Origin: Candidatus Woesebacteria bacterium RIFCSPHIGHO2_01_FULL_44_10
GTDB taxonomy: Bacteria; Patescibacteriota; Microgenomatia; UBA8517
NCBI GenBank assembly: GCA_001792465.1
Contig: MGGO01000031.1
Coordinates: 1,172 to 65,171 of the forward strand
Length of the DNA: 64,000 bases
Reading direction: 5' to 3'
Both the position numbers and the translations under genes were made by a program. Within the stretch, counting starts at the first letter, position 1, and every line of letters starts with the position of its first letter. The notes under the pieces are model-generated. The model worked only from the letters and a program-made list of their open reading frames with translations, did not search any database and was not told the origin of the DNA. This document shows, in pieces, positions 36,290 to 45,827 of this stretch.

Positions 36290-37413
36290 AAATTATTGTA
36301 ATAATTCCTACTCTGAATGAAGCAGACAGTATTGCGTTTGTAACAAAAACGATTGATAAGGGTCTGAGAAAAATTTCAGGAAACCCCAGGGCACTAATCG
36401 TTAATTCTGATGGTGGCAGTACCGATAAGACTTCTGATGTTTTTCTTAAAACAGGCACTTTTTTCCCAAAAAAAGTAATCTCTTACAACGGTAAAAGAGT
36501 CGGCAAGGGAAGAAACGTTTTTGAGGTGCTAAAATTGTTTCATAACTCAGCTGATTACTTCTTAATGATCGATGGAGACATTACTTCTATTGAAACAGGT
36601 TGGGTAAGTAAACTTCTAAATCCTCTCTTGAACAAAAATGCTGATCTGGTTGTCCCTATCTACAAACGAAATAGATATGAAGGAAATACAACAAATCATT
36701 TCTCTTCACCATTAATTTACGCTTATTTTGGTAAAAACATTTCACAACCAATCGCTGGAGATTTTGCCTTTACAAAGAAGTTGGCAAAAAAGATCTATGC
36801 GTCTTTTTCTTCTGATTCGGATTATGGATACGGAGTGGATACGTTGATTACTTGGACTGCACTTTTAAGCCAATTCAAGATAAAACAAATTAGACTCGGC
36901 AGGAAAATTCATAAGCCCAGTTTTCCCAAGATAGTCCCGATGTTTGGACAGGTGTGTTTTTCAACCATTAATCTTCTTAGTGAGAATAGAGAGAGCATTA
37001 AAAAAAGATTGAGTATCAAGAGAAAGCAATTATCTAATATGTTAGAAGTAATCGACGATACTTATATCAAAGTACCAACTACAAAAAAGGTAGTCGAAAT
37101 TGAAAATATTGTTCATAAGTTATTAAAAAAACAAAGAATTTCGGAAGAAATCCCGGGAAGTAAAACCACAAGTTGCCTTAATATGGATATTTGGACAGAT
37201 ATTTTATGTAAGCATATAAATATTGTTCTAAAAAAGAAACTCAAAAAGAAAGAAAAGGATGAATTTATAGAATCAATCACTGCATATTATTTACTGAGAG
37301 TGCTGGGCTACTTTAAGGAAATAGAAAAGCTGTCGGCAAAAGAAATCGATCGGCTTTTAATCGCGCAAAAACAAATGCTTCAAGAGAAAGTTGGCAAGAT
37401 GCTGTCTGATTAG
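36286..37413 (+). CDS. GT-A fold glycosyltransferase (glucosyl/mannosyl-3-phosphoglycerate synthase-like)
   Basis: 'KIIVIIPTLNEADSI' and 'MIDGD' (DxD). Confidence 0.5.
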   Translation: MKIIVIIPTLNEADSIAFVTKTIDKGLRKISGNPRALIVNSDGGSTDKTSDVFLKTGTFFPKKVISYNGKRVGKGRNVFEVLKLFHNSADYFLMIDGDITSIETGWVSKLLNPLLNKNADLVVPIYKRNRYEGNTTNHFSSPLIYAYFGKNISQPIAGDFAFTKKLAKKIYASFSSDSDYGYGVDTLITWTALLSQFKIKQIRLGRKIHKPSFPKIVPMFGQVCFSTINLLSENRESIKKRLSIKRKQLSNMLEVIDDTYIKVPTTKKVVEIENIVHKLLKKQRISEEIPGSKTTSCLNMDIWTDILCKHINIVLKKKLKKKEKDEFIESITAYYLLRVLGYFKEIEKLSAKEIDRLLIAQKQMLQEKVGKMLSD

Positions 37414-38420
37414 GTTGAGGAATAAACCCCGTGGGTAGATAACCAATCTCGAGCTTCTCTGACCTTTCGTTCTAGTTGATTTTTAGATAGTTTCTCTGAA
37501 GGCTTTTCTACAACAACCCATCTATCCAAATCTTTATCCAATTGAAGTCTTCCAAACCCAAAAAATACTTCTTCGGTTTCTAACCCAGGACACTTGTCAA
37601 AAAAATAACAGGTGTTTCTTAAGTAATTAACGATATCTTCGTGCTTCTTGGTTCTGTAAACGTTTGCGACCGCTTCGGGAGATTCCAGATGATAGGCGTG
37701 GATATCTTCCCTGTAAACAGTATGGTAATCATGGTTTGAATGAAGTCTGTAAGAAAGCTCTTGATCATAATTTCCCCAGCCGATGTAACTTTCATCGAAT
37801 TCTACTTCAGGATTATTGGGAACACTCAGGTTACATGCGAAGGCGGCTCTCCACGGGGATTTTGAATGCAACCATTGTTTTCTTTTTTCGCTCTCACCCA
37901 GCTCTCTTCTTTCGGAGACTTCGTCTGTCTGCCAATCGTGTTCAAGGTCGTTCAATGCCACCCTGATAGGTTTACCGTCCAGAGACTCAAATACAATCGG
38001 GTTTATTTCACCCCTCCAGTTTCTGTTTCCTGCAACTATCAACTTGGGTTGAACATGTGTTTCCATATGTTTTTTGACTAAATCAATGCTAGGTACCATG
38101 TCTCCTGCAAGAAAAAGCAAATAATTCCCTCTTGCCAGTCTTATGCCATTGTTAAAGGACACATTCTCTCGCATCCCCCTGTCTTGTTGCCAGACGTATT
38201 TAAGAGGAATACCAGCCCTATCAAAATCTTGATAAATCCCTAAAAATGTATCTGAATCAGAGCCGTCGTCGGCAACAATAACCTCTTGAAAGCCAGTAAA
38301 ATCCTGAGCAAGCAATGAACGCAAAGCCAACTTCAAGGATAGTGGTTGATTATGAACATTTATAATTACACTAACGTCTATATCAAGCCTCTCTTTGGAA
38401 ATCTCAGATTCTTTGAACAT
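37410..38420 (-). CDS. Glycosyltransferase family 2
   Basis: 'VSVIINVHNQ' and 'VIVADDGSDSD'. Confidence 0.55.
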   Translation of the reverse strand: MFKESEISKERLDIDVSVIINVHNQPLSLKLALRSLLAQDFTGFQEVIVADDGSDSDTFLGIYQDFDRAGIPLKYVWQQDRGMRENVSFNNGIRLARGNYLLFLAGDMVPSIDLVKKHMETHVQPKLIVAGNRNWRGEINPIVFESLDGKPIRVALNDLEHDWQTDEVSERRELGESEKRKQWLHSKSPWRAAFACNLSVPNNPEVEFDESYIGWGNYDQELSYRLHSNHDYHTVYREDIHAYHLESPEAVANVYRTKKHEDIVNYLRNTCYFFDKCPGLETEEVFFGFGRLQLDKDLDRWVVVEKPSEKLSKNQLERKVREARDWLSTHGVYSST

Positions 38421-38511
38421 ATTGTGGCTATTGTAGCATAATTAGCAACAAAGACTAACCTATAGCCTTTGATTTGTTGGATGTTATTCTCATGCTATAA
38501 TAGCGGCAGTT

Positions 38512-39255
38512 ATGATAAGACGAGAATTTGATCGTGGTTTAGAGGGGAATGTAGAGCAATTTACAACAATTGCCATACCAGGAATACCTGAAATCAAGGA
38601 AGGCGATGACATTGGAACGATAATTTGTAAGCAGAGTCGTGGGATTGGAGGTTTATTGGGCGGTGATATTATAGTTGTAGCTTCAAAAATAATATCCAAA
38701 GCAGAAGGAAGAATAATTGATAAATCGAGTATAAAAGTATCCGATAAAGCCAATGAATTGTCTCAAGCTACGGGCAAACCTGCTCCCGTTTGTCAACTTA
38801 TCTTGGATGAGTCGAGTGATTTAATTGTTCGAGGACACACTATAGTTGCACACCACAAATTGGGTTATATTCTGACCTCAGCCGGAGTTGACCAAGTTGA
38901 TGAATTTCATATTTCTTTAATACCAGAAGATCCTGATTTGTCTGCCAAAAAAATGAGAGAAAAGATAGAAGAGCTTTCGGGTAAAAAAATAGCAGTTGTT
39001 ATTACTGATAGTGAGGGGAGGGAGGATAGGGCTGGAGCTGGGGCTGTTGCACTAGGAGTATCTGGTATAGATTCCATCAGAAGGACCGCTTCTCCATCCG
39101 GAAAACAGCAAGAGGAAACAATATCGGATATGATTGCTAATGCAGCAAGTTTATTAATTGGGCAGAGAGGGAAAAATACTCCCGCGGTTGTATTAAGAGG
39201 ACTTAACATTGGAAGAAATACAGAGTCTAGGCTCCAAGATTATTTGCGAAAGTAG
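38512..39255 (+). CDS. CofE-like (F420-0:gamma-glutamyl ligase family) protein
   Basis: 'EGDDIG..I' and 'VVASKIISKAEGR'. The region is Gly-rich. 247 aa. Confidence 0.5.
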   Translation: MIRREFDRGLEGNVEQFTTIAIPGIPEIKEGDDIGTIICKQSRGIGGLLGGDIIVVASKIISKAEGRIIDKSSIKVSDKANELSQATGKPAPVCQLILDESSDLIVRGHTIVAHHKLGYILTSAGVDQVDEFHISLIPEDPDLSAKKMREKIEELSGKKIAVVITDSEGREDRAGAGAVALGVSGIDSIRRTASPSGKQQEETISDMIANAASLLIGQRGKNTPAVVLRGLNIGRNTESRLQDYLRK

Positions 39256-39263
39256 CTATTTAA

Positions 39264-39941
39264 CTACTTCTCTTCTAGGTCTGAAAATATCTCCATCGCT
39301 TTATCTTCATAAACAGGCTCTTTAGTCTCTGTGTCTCGATAACTATGGTCTGCTTTTGGAATTTCAAAATACCTAATTTGTCTTGATTTGACATCTTTTA
39401 AATCTCCTTTAACAACTTCAATATTACCAAATTTATCTTTTTCTCCTTGAATAACAGTGATGGGACCGTTGAAGTTTTTAAGTCTTAGGCTTCCGGTTAC
39501 ATAACCTAAAATTATTATTGAAAATTTACTTCTCAAACTTTTATTTAATTTATCCAAATAAAAACTGGCAACAATTCCACCTAGTGATTTACTAATTAAT
39601 CTTACTTTTTTATACTTTTTATAGTCACAGAAGTCTAAAAATTTTTGTAAAACTCCCAATTCTTCCACAAGCTCAGGACCGGATGATTGATCTTGACCTC
39701 GCTCGGCAAAAGGAAAATTAAAAGCGATTACGCTGTGACCCTGATTGACTGACAGTTGATAAACCTTCCTTATAAGTGACATTTCCATTCCTTCCGATGA
39801 GCCTCCGTGAAGAATTACATCTAAGGTGTCTGATTTGGAATTATGATAGATCTGAAAACTAGTAAAGTCCATCATGTTGTGTTTATAAATCCATTTTATA
39901 ATGATATTTATCTTTTTCCTTACCAATTCTCTTAAAACCAT
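39264..39941 (-). CDS. Alpha/beta hydrolase
   Basis: The nucleophile elbow is 'ISKSLGG'. 'VILHGGSS' is also present. Confidence 0.5.
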   Translation of the reverse strand: MVLRELVRKKINIIIKWIYKHNMMDFTSFQIYHNSKSDTLDVILHGGSSEGMEMSLIRKVYQLSVNQGHSVIAFNFPFAERGQDQSSGPELVEELGVLQKFLDFCDYKKYKKVRLISKSLGGIVASFYLDKLNKSLRSKFSIIILGYVTGSLRLKNFNGPITVIQGEKDKFGNIEVVKGDLKDVKSRQIRYFEIPKADHSYRDTETKEPVYEDKAMEIFSDLEEK

Positions 39942-40344
39942 TCTTCTCGTAAAAACGATGAGCTCTTTTCATTAGAAAATGGGTATTTAATACTACCTCT
40001 TTATAACCCTGTTTTTTCGCAAAAGCTATTGCATGATTAAATAAAGCTTGTCCTACTCCTTTGCCATGATAATCACTCAAAACAAACATTCTATTTAGTT
40101 TTGCGGTGTCATTCCCCATATCTCTAATGGCAACGGTTCCAATTACCAGGTCTCCTTCAAGAGCAACCCAGAATCTGCCTCTGTCTTTATAAATTTCAGG
40201 AATCTGGTATAAGTCTTCATCTTGAAGTGGTTCATCAGATTTAGGAATTACTTCAAGCTCCATCAAACCTTTTCCCACTACATCAACTACTTGGCCTTGA
40301 TATTTTGGCTCAAACTCGGCTATTTCAAAATTTATTTCAGCCAT
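39883..40344 (-). CDS. GNAT-family N-acetyltransferase
   Basis: 'VLSDYHGKGVGQALFNHAIAFAKKQGY' is the acetyl-CoA binding motif A. Confidence 0.7.
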   Translation of the reverse strand: MAEINFEIAEFEPKYQGQVVDVVGKGLMELEVIPKSDEPLQDEDLYQIPEIYKDRGRFWVALEGDLVIGTVAIRDMGNDTAKLNRMFVLSDYHGKGVGQALFNHAIAFAKKQGYKEVVLNTHFLMKRAHRFYEKNGFKRIGKEKDKYHYKMDL

Positions 40345-40361
40345 AACTAAAGTTTACCATA

Positions 40362-40615
40362 AATATTACTATATCAAAATGTATCAAGACTGAAATTTGA
40401 GACACCCTTTTTTATACTGTCTCATTTGTCTCATTTAGCCTTGATGTGAGACAATTACACCACCGAGTTATAAGGATAGAAAGGGTCCAGACCGGCCTGC
40501 TCAGCCGATTCGACTCGCTACGCTCGCTCACGGCTTACAGCCCAAAACCAAGAATTGTCCTGTTATACACTTATACACCCCAGGGGTGGTCTAGGTTGGC
40601 ACAGGTGGGATTTTG
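40362..40615. repeat. Intergenic repeat family, copy 2, adjacent to the IS200-like TnpA remnant
   Basis: 'TATCAAAATGTATCAAGACTGAAATTTGAGACACCC...TGTCTCATTTGTCTC...GGTCCAGACCGGCCTGCTCAGCC'. Confidence 0.5.
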
Positions 40616-40619
40616 TTAT

Positions 40620-41290
40620 TTACTCTAATATCAAGCCTTTAATCTTTCCTAGTTTTCTCTGATAATCCGCTTGGTTGTATACAAATTGTTCATATTTTCC
40701 CCTAGAACCTACCATTTTAGTTATAAATGATGAATTTATTAGATCGTTATTATCTTCTTTTTCGGCTAAATAATAAGGAAACGATGTCCACGGGTATTTA
40801 TCTAAATCCACTATATTAATAAGAAATGAAGTTACCGGATTTAAATGTATATACCTTGACAGGTGCAGTAAATAATTATCTTTTTCTATTCTTTTTGCTT
40901 TAAAAGGTCCTTGAAAGACGCTTCCGAATCTTTTATTTCTTAAATTATAGTATTTTGCAAAACTGTTTTGTAAATTAGAGATAAACTGTACAACTCCATA
41001 ATCTTTGATTTGTTTAAGAAGAATGTGATAATGATTAGGCATAAAGGCAAATGAATAAATTTCTACAATTGGGGTTGATTTTCGAAAATTATCTTCATAT
41101 GTCTTTTTGAGATCTTTTTGAAGTGTTAAGTATTTAGAAAACTTTAATTTTTATGGAAATCTATAAAAGTCGATAAGGGAAAGAGCTCTCTTTAGTATTT
41201 TATTGCCTTTATATATTGATATTGCTCCAGTTGAACGATTAAACAAATGGTAATATTCATTATTTGCAAAGACTACTTTTCTTTTGGGCA
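40620..41290 (-). pseudogene. Decayed IS200/IS605-family (Y1/HuH) TnpA or RAYT-like transposase
   Basis: The ORF at 40620..41042 begins at the HuH motif 'MPNHYHILL' and carries the Tyr region 'LSRYIHLNPV'. The missing N-terminal segment ('YYHLFNRSTGAISIYKG') is found upstream in the same orientation but is separated by a stop. Confidence 0.55.
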
Positions 41291-41457
41291 CAATTAAAGA
41301 TTAATCGGAAAATCCCAGGTGCGTCAACCCAATCCACACCTGGTGTGTATTATGGTGTGTATTATTTTGAGCAAGCAAAGCTTGTTCTTGAATTTTTCGA
41401 AATGACTCCGTTCCTTGTAGTAAACTTCTTGAGATTTTGATTGTCTGAGGGTGGGCG

Positions 41458-42090
41458 GTGTTCATGTTCAGATTATGCCCAATAATTTGGTACAATACCA
41501 AAGAGTTTATTTATATGAGTAACTCAGATGTTTATTACAAAAAGACAATTGAATATCCTTTTAATGGTCAGAAGTTTTCGTTTGATGTCGCAAATACATT
41601 ATTCTCAACTTTTGAGATGGACCATGGCACTGACATTTTAATTCGTTCTATTGTTACAAAAAGTCCAAAAACTATTCTTGATTTGGGATGTGGTTATGGA
41701 CCTCTGGGAGTTATTCTTGCAAAAACCAATCCAAAAGCAGAAGTTACTATGCTTGACTCAAACCTTCTTGCTGTGCGTTATTCCAAATATAACTTGCTGA
41801 AAAATAATGTTACTAACGCAACCGTTGTGGGGAGTGTTGGTATTGAGGCAGTAAAAGATAAAACATTTGATTTAATTGTTTCAAATATCCCGGCTAAAAT
41901 TGGCGATGAAGCGATTACTCAGGAGTTCATTTTGGCACCATATGAGCTTCTTGACCCAGGAGGAGAATTGTGGGTTGTGGTAGTCAGTGCGCTAAACAGA
42001 TTAATACCAAAAATAGGAGGCGAACATAATATTAAAATTAGAAATGTACGGAAACGCCGTGGGCACACTGTTTATCAGATAACAAAATAA
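41458..42090 (+). CDS. Class I SAM-dependent methyltransferase (RsmC/small-domain type)
   Basis: 'ILDLGCGYGPLG' and 'VSNIPAK'. Confidence 0.55.
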   Translation: MFMFRLCPIIWYNTKEFIYMSNSDVYYKKTIEYPFNGQKFSFDVANTLFSTFEMDHGTDILIRSIVTKSPKTILDLGCGYGPLGVILAKTNPKAEVTMLDSNLLAVRYSKYNLLKNNVTNATVVGSVGIEAVKDKTFDLIVSNIPAKIGDEAITQEFILAPYELLDPGGELWVVVVSALNRLIPKIGGEHNIKIRNVRKRRGHTVYQITK

Positions 42091-42094
42091 TAAT

Positions 42095-42697
42095 ATGACT
42101 GAAGAAAAAGAATTATTAACAATTTTATCTGAAGACGAGTACAAACGAGTTTTGGCCCGTTTGCGAAAGGAGTTTGGTGAGCCTAAAACTCAAAAACGTC
42201 TATCGCTCCAATCTGATGATTATAGTCAAACAGATATTGATACCAGAATCCGGATTACAAATGGCAATGCTGAGTTGATGCAAAAGGTTGGTGATTGGAA
42301 GAATATTACCAAAGGAAAGTCCCGCACAGAAATTTCTATCCCTCTACCAAGTGACTCCAATGTAATTGCGGGTTTATACAGAATAATTCGTAATCTAATG
42401 AAAGGGCCGAAGATTGAAAATATTGTTATGCAGTTTGAAAGTTTTATCTGGGAAACTAAGAATATCGAAATTAAGCTGACTCATCAGTTTGGCAAAAGTG
42501 ATGCTTACAACTGTGAATTTGAGGTGCTAGATAGCTCGTACAAACCTAAAGATCTTATGAAAAAATATAATGTCCCTATAAATTCACCCACACAAACTGA
42601 GGATTTTTGGAGAAAGTGGAATGAAAAGGTAAATTTAAACGCTGACCAACTAGCTGATGAGGAGTTATTGGAGATTATTAAAAAATATCTAGATTAA
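42095..42697 (+). CDS. Hypothetical protein with possible weak CYTH-like features
   Basis: 'QSDDYSQTDIDTRIRITNG...LMQK' resembles the CYTH 'D.YFDT..LRiR..g..LT.K' pattern. Confidence 0.25.
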   Translation: MTEEKELLTILSEDEYKRVLARLRKEFGEPKTQKRLSLQSDDYSQTDIDTRIRITNGNAELMQKVGDWKNITKGKSRTEISIPLPSDSNVIAGLYRIIRNLMKGPKIENIVMQFESFIWETKNIEIKLTHQFGKSDAYNCEFEVLDSSYKPKDLMKKYNVPINSPTQTEDFWRKWNEKVNLNADQLADEELLEIIKKYLD

Positions 42698-43096
42698 ATC
42701 AAAAGCTTTCTTCTCGTCTTCATGTTTCATAATCCCTTTTACTTTTTCAATTAACTTCCAGTCACATCCAATACTTTCTTCATTTAAAGTAATGGTGACA
42801 TCCAAATTTTCCACTTTTAGTGCTATAAAATGAGCTTCGGTTGGCCCGTGTTTGCCCTCAAACTCAATTTTATGATTTAAGTTTTTGGTTTCTTTGAATT
42901 CGCTTATCCCTAATTCTTCACTGGCCTCTCTTTTAGCTGCTTCCTCAAGGTTCTCACCATCTTCAACATCTCCAAAGGTGATAGTCCACTCATTCTCGTA
43001 TCCATCAAAAGGTTTGTTGTGCCGAAGCAGAAATCTTTTATTTCCTTCTGGGTCAATTGTCCAAACAATTACAGCTACTTTTTGATGTTTGCTCAT
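42689..43096 (-). CDS. NUDIX hydrolase (copy B)
   Basis: Near-identical to the ORF at 24620..25027. Confidence 0.65.
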   Translation of the reverse strand: MSKHQKVAVIVWTIDPEGNKRFLLRHNKPFDGYENEWTITFGDVEDGENLEEAAKREASEELGISEFKETKNLNHKIEFEGKHGPTEAHFIALKVENLDVTITLNEESIGCDWKLIEKVKGIMKHEDEKKAFDLI

Positions 43097-43590
43097 ACTT
43101 TCAAGATTCTACTATAAAATTCATACTTCGCTTTTTGATAATCTTTATAACTTTTTCCATCAAAAGATAGCTTCAAGTCTTCGTATTCTTCTAATAATTT
43201 TTGGTTGGATCTCAGAATTTCATAAACTTTAATCTGCCTTTCTGGTGATTCAGTCAAATAAACTTCTATCTCGTAACCATCTTTCTGAAATTTCCACTCA
43301 ACAAAGGTTTTGTGTGTATGCTTTGGTTTTCCAAATAGGTTTTCTAAAGCTGGCAAGTATTCACCGAATTTATTAGATTCTGATAACGCATAAATATCAA
43401 TATCATTCTGTCCTGCAATTCCAAGTGCTGTTGCTCCCATAAATGATACCTCAACATCAGGCAACTTCTCTTTGATTCTTTTAACTATCAAATCTCCAGC
43501 CTCTTTTGCTTTTGGATCGAAAGGCAAGACAGCAATTTTCTTTTTCGGATCAATTTTAGCTAAATAATTTTGTTCATCTCGCGTAAGCAT
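43093..43590 (-). CDS. GrpB-like nucleotidyltransferase-fold protein (copy B)
   Basis: 'SFMGATALGIAGQNDIDIYAL'. The C-terminal 90 aa are near-identical to copy A. Confidence 0.5.
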   Translation of the reverse strand: MLTRDEQNYLAKIDPKKKIAVLPFDPKAKEAGDLIVKRIKEKLPDVEVSFMGATALGIAGQNDIDIYALSESNKFGEYLPALENLFGKPKHTHKTFVEWKFQKDGYEIEVYLTESPERQIKVYEILRSNQKLLEEYEDLKLSFDGKSYKDYQKAKYEFYSRILKV

Positions 43591-44569
43591 GTTTTATTAT
43601 ACCCGTGTTGAGACTATAATTCATTGTATGAAAGTAATCATCGGCTCCAACAACAAAGATAAAATAAAGATCGCTAAAGATGCTTTAGGTGAACTTCATC
43701 TGGATGTTGAAGTTGAAGGGAAAAAAGCAGATTCTGGGATTGCAGATCAACCACTGGACAAAGAAACCACTCAAGCAGGTGCAATAAACCGTGCTAGAAA
43801 TACAAAGATGCAAAATCCAGAGGCTGATTTTTCGCTTGGATTGGAAGGCGGACTCCATGATTACGGCGAGGGTTATCATCTCGTAACTTTTGCTTGTTTA
43901 GTTGACAAAACCGGTAACAAATTTGTCGGTGAAGGCGAGGAAATCCACTTGCCGATAGAAGTTTCTGAAAAAGTAAAAAACGGAGAATGGTTTGGAAAAG
44001 TTATTCGAGAGTACGCAAAGAAAAACAAAATTGACAACAATTTAATAACCAGATTGTCTCCTTTTGCCCAAGCAATTCAAAACGCATATGCTGAATATCT
44101 CAAAAGTTATGGAGACTTGGGACATAGGGATAAAGCTTCAGGAGTTATTACGAATAGTGATGGTAAGCTTTTGATAGTTCAATTAACTACCTACGGGGAA
44201 GGCCAATGGAATTTTCCTGGCGGGGGGATTGAAGACAACGAATCCGAAGACCAAACTATTTTGAGGGAGCTTAAAGAAGAGTTGGGAACAGATAAGTTTG
44301 AGATTGTCAGAAAAAGTAGGTACATTGAAAAATACGAATGGCCGCCTTTTGTAATTGCTAAACGGCTAAAAGCTGAAAAAAGAACCTGGAGAGGTCAAAG
44401 AGTAAGATATTTTTTAATTAAGTTTCTCGGCAACGACAAAGATTTAAAACCTGATTCTGGAGAAATCGAAAAAATAAAATGGATTAAGAAGGAAGAACTA
44501 AAAGGCCATTTCATTTTTCCTAAACAATTGGAATTAGCAGAAAAGGTGATTGAAGAGTTTCTTATTTAA
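43589..44569 (+). CDS. YjjX/ITPase-like non-canonical NTP pyrophosphatase fused to a C-terminal NUDIX domain
   Basis: The N-terminal 'VIIGSNNKDKI..' through 'EADFSLGLEGG' is collinear with YjjX. The C-terminal 'GGGIEDNESEDQTILRELKEELG' is a Nudix box. Confidence 0.5.
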   Translation: MFYYTRVETIIHCMKVIIGSNNKDKIKIAKDALGELHLDVEVEGKKADSGIADQPLDKETTQAGAINRARNTKMQNPEADFSLGLEGGLHDYGEGYHLVTFACLVDKTGNKFVGEGEEIHLPIEVSEKVKNGEWFGKVIREYAKKNKIDNNLITRLSPFAQAIQNAYAEYLKSYGDLGHRDKASGVITNSDGKLLIVQLTTYGEGQWNFPGGGIEDNESEDQTILRELKEELGTDKFEIVRKSRYIEKYEWPPFVIAKRLKAEKRTWRGQRVRYFLIKFLGNDKDLKPDSGEIEKIKWIKKEELKGHFIFPKQLELAEKVIEEFLI

Positions 44570-44825
44570 AGCCAATTACTTGATATCCGTGTTTTTCAAT
44601 TTCTTCTTTACTCCAAAAAGACAAGTCCTTGGTTTTAACAATGTAAGTAACCTTTTTATCAATGGTTCTACCCGTGTAATCTTTTCTTTCTGGATCCCAT
44701 TCGCGGAGGACCAGAACATCTCCTTTATTGCACCCAAAGTCAGCCAACCTAATTTCAAAAGTTTTATCGCCCCTAAGAATTGCCTCAAAATACTTTGGCC
44801 AGACTTTCTTTTCTATTTTTGCCAT
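44562..44825 (-). CDS. ASCH/DUF3850-like small protein
   Basis: 'WPKYFEAILRGDKTFEIR' and 'GDVLVLREW'. Confidence 0.45.
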   Translation of the reverse strand: MAKIEKKVWPKYFEAILRGDKTFEIRLADFGCNKGDVLVLREWDPERKDYTGRTIDKKVTYIVKTKDLSFWSKEEIEKHGYQVIGFK

Positions 44826-44841
44826 AACTTAAGTCTACCAC

Positions 44842-45000
44842 AAACAAAACTGTATCAAAACATATCAAGATTGAAGTTTGAGACAACCCCTTTTTATAGT
44901 GTCTTAAATGTCTCACTTCGGCTACACTCAGTGCAGGCATTTAGCCTTAAAAGTGATACACTTGGAGTTAGAGCATATGGGACTATCTGGTACTAGACCC
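44842..45000. repeat. Intergenic repeat family, copy 3
   Basis: 'TGTATCAAAACATATCAAGATTGAAGTTTGAGACAACCCC...GTGATACACTTGGAG...CTAGACCCTGAAGCTCAGC'. Confidence 0.45.
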
Positions 45001-45096
45001 TGAAGCTCAGCAAGTGAGCTTTATTTTTATTGACATAACCTCTTAAAACTTTTGTTTAAAACCTGCTAAAATGTGTCCAGAATAAGGTTTTGATCC

Positions 45097-45438
45097 ATGA
45101 AATTAATAGCTAAAAAGATTTCTCTAAAAGCTATCGAAAAACTGGCGAAAGCTAAATTTGGGAATTTAGTTAAGGCTGTGGTCGATGTTGAAAAAGAGAT
45201 CATGGTCGTTGACGGTGAGCTTCATTCGGATGAGGAGGCACTCCTTTTGTCCCATAGTTCAAAACAAGAAAATCTTTGGGGTATCAACCTCTACCCGCAG
45301 CTGAAAGGAGAGGATTTTATCGAATTTGATTCCATGATAAATGTCAGGCCATCTTTCGGAAATAGCTCCCGAGGCATTGATAACCCTAAAGTAAGAGAGA
45401 AAATAGTGGAGATTGTCGAAAAATTGGTTAAAAAATGA
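45097..45438 (+). CDS. Hypothetical protein
   Basis: ORF of 113 aa. It overlaps the next ORF by 4 nt, so the two may be a coupled pair. Confidence 0.3.
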   Translation: MKLIAKKISLKAIEKLAKAKFGNLVKAVVDVEKEIMVVDGELHSDEEALLLSHSSKQENLWGINLYPQLKGEDFIEFDSMINVRPSFGNSSRGIDNPKVREKIVEIVEKLVKK

Positions 45439-45797
45439 GTGTCCAACACAAAAACTTAGCGTCCGGTAATTGGGGTAAAATGCCTCTTGCCGCGCAGCTT
45501 GCCAATGTAGGCAGCGAAGTAGAAAGAACAATTTCCTGGAGTCAAAAAGGCAACCAAGATTACAGCCAAAAAGCATTTGCGCGGGCGCTTGAGCTTCTGG
45601 CTCTGACAAAAACTCACTGCAAGAAAAATTCTCAACTGAAAGAAGTTGGTAGAATTTATGAACTTTTGGTCGATTATTTTGCAGGCAAAAACGACTATGG
45701 CTCAACTGACCAGTTGTGGAAAAGATATTTTAGCTGCTACACCTACCTGACCGCTAATGTTAGAAACACATCCTTAGATACAAATTTGATATCTTGA
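45435..45797 (+). CDS. Hypothetical protein
   Basis: ORF of 120 aa. Confidence 0.3.
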   Translation: MSVQHKNLASGNWGKMPLAAQLANVGSEVERTISWSQKGNQDYSQKAFARALELLALTKTHCKKNSQLKEVGRIYELLVDYFAGKNDYGSTDQLWKRYFSCYTYLTANVRNTSLDTNLIS

Positions 45798-45827
45798 CTT
45801 CGGGAAATATTTGGTCTATCGTAAATT

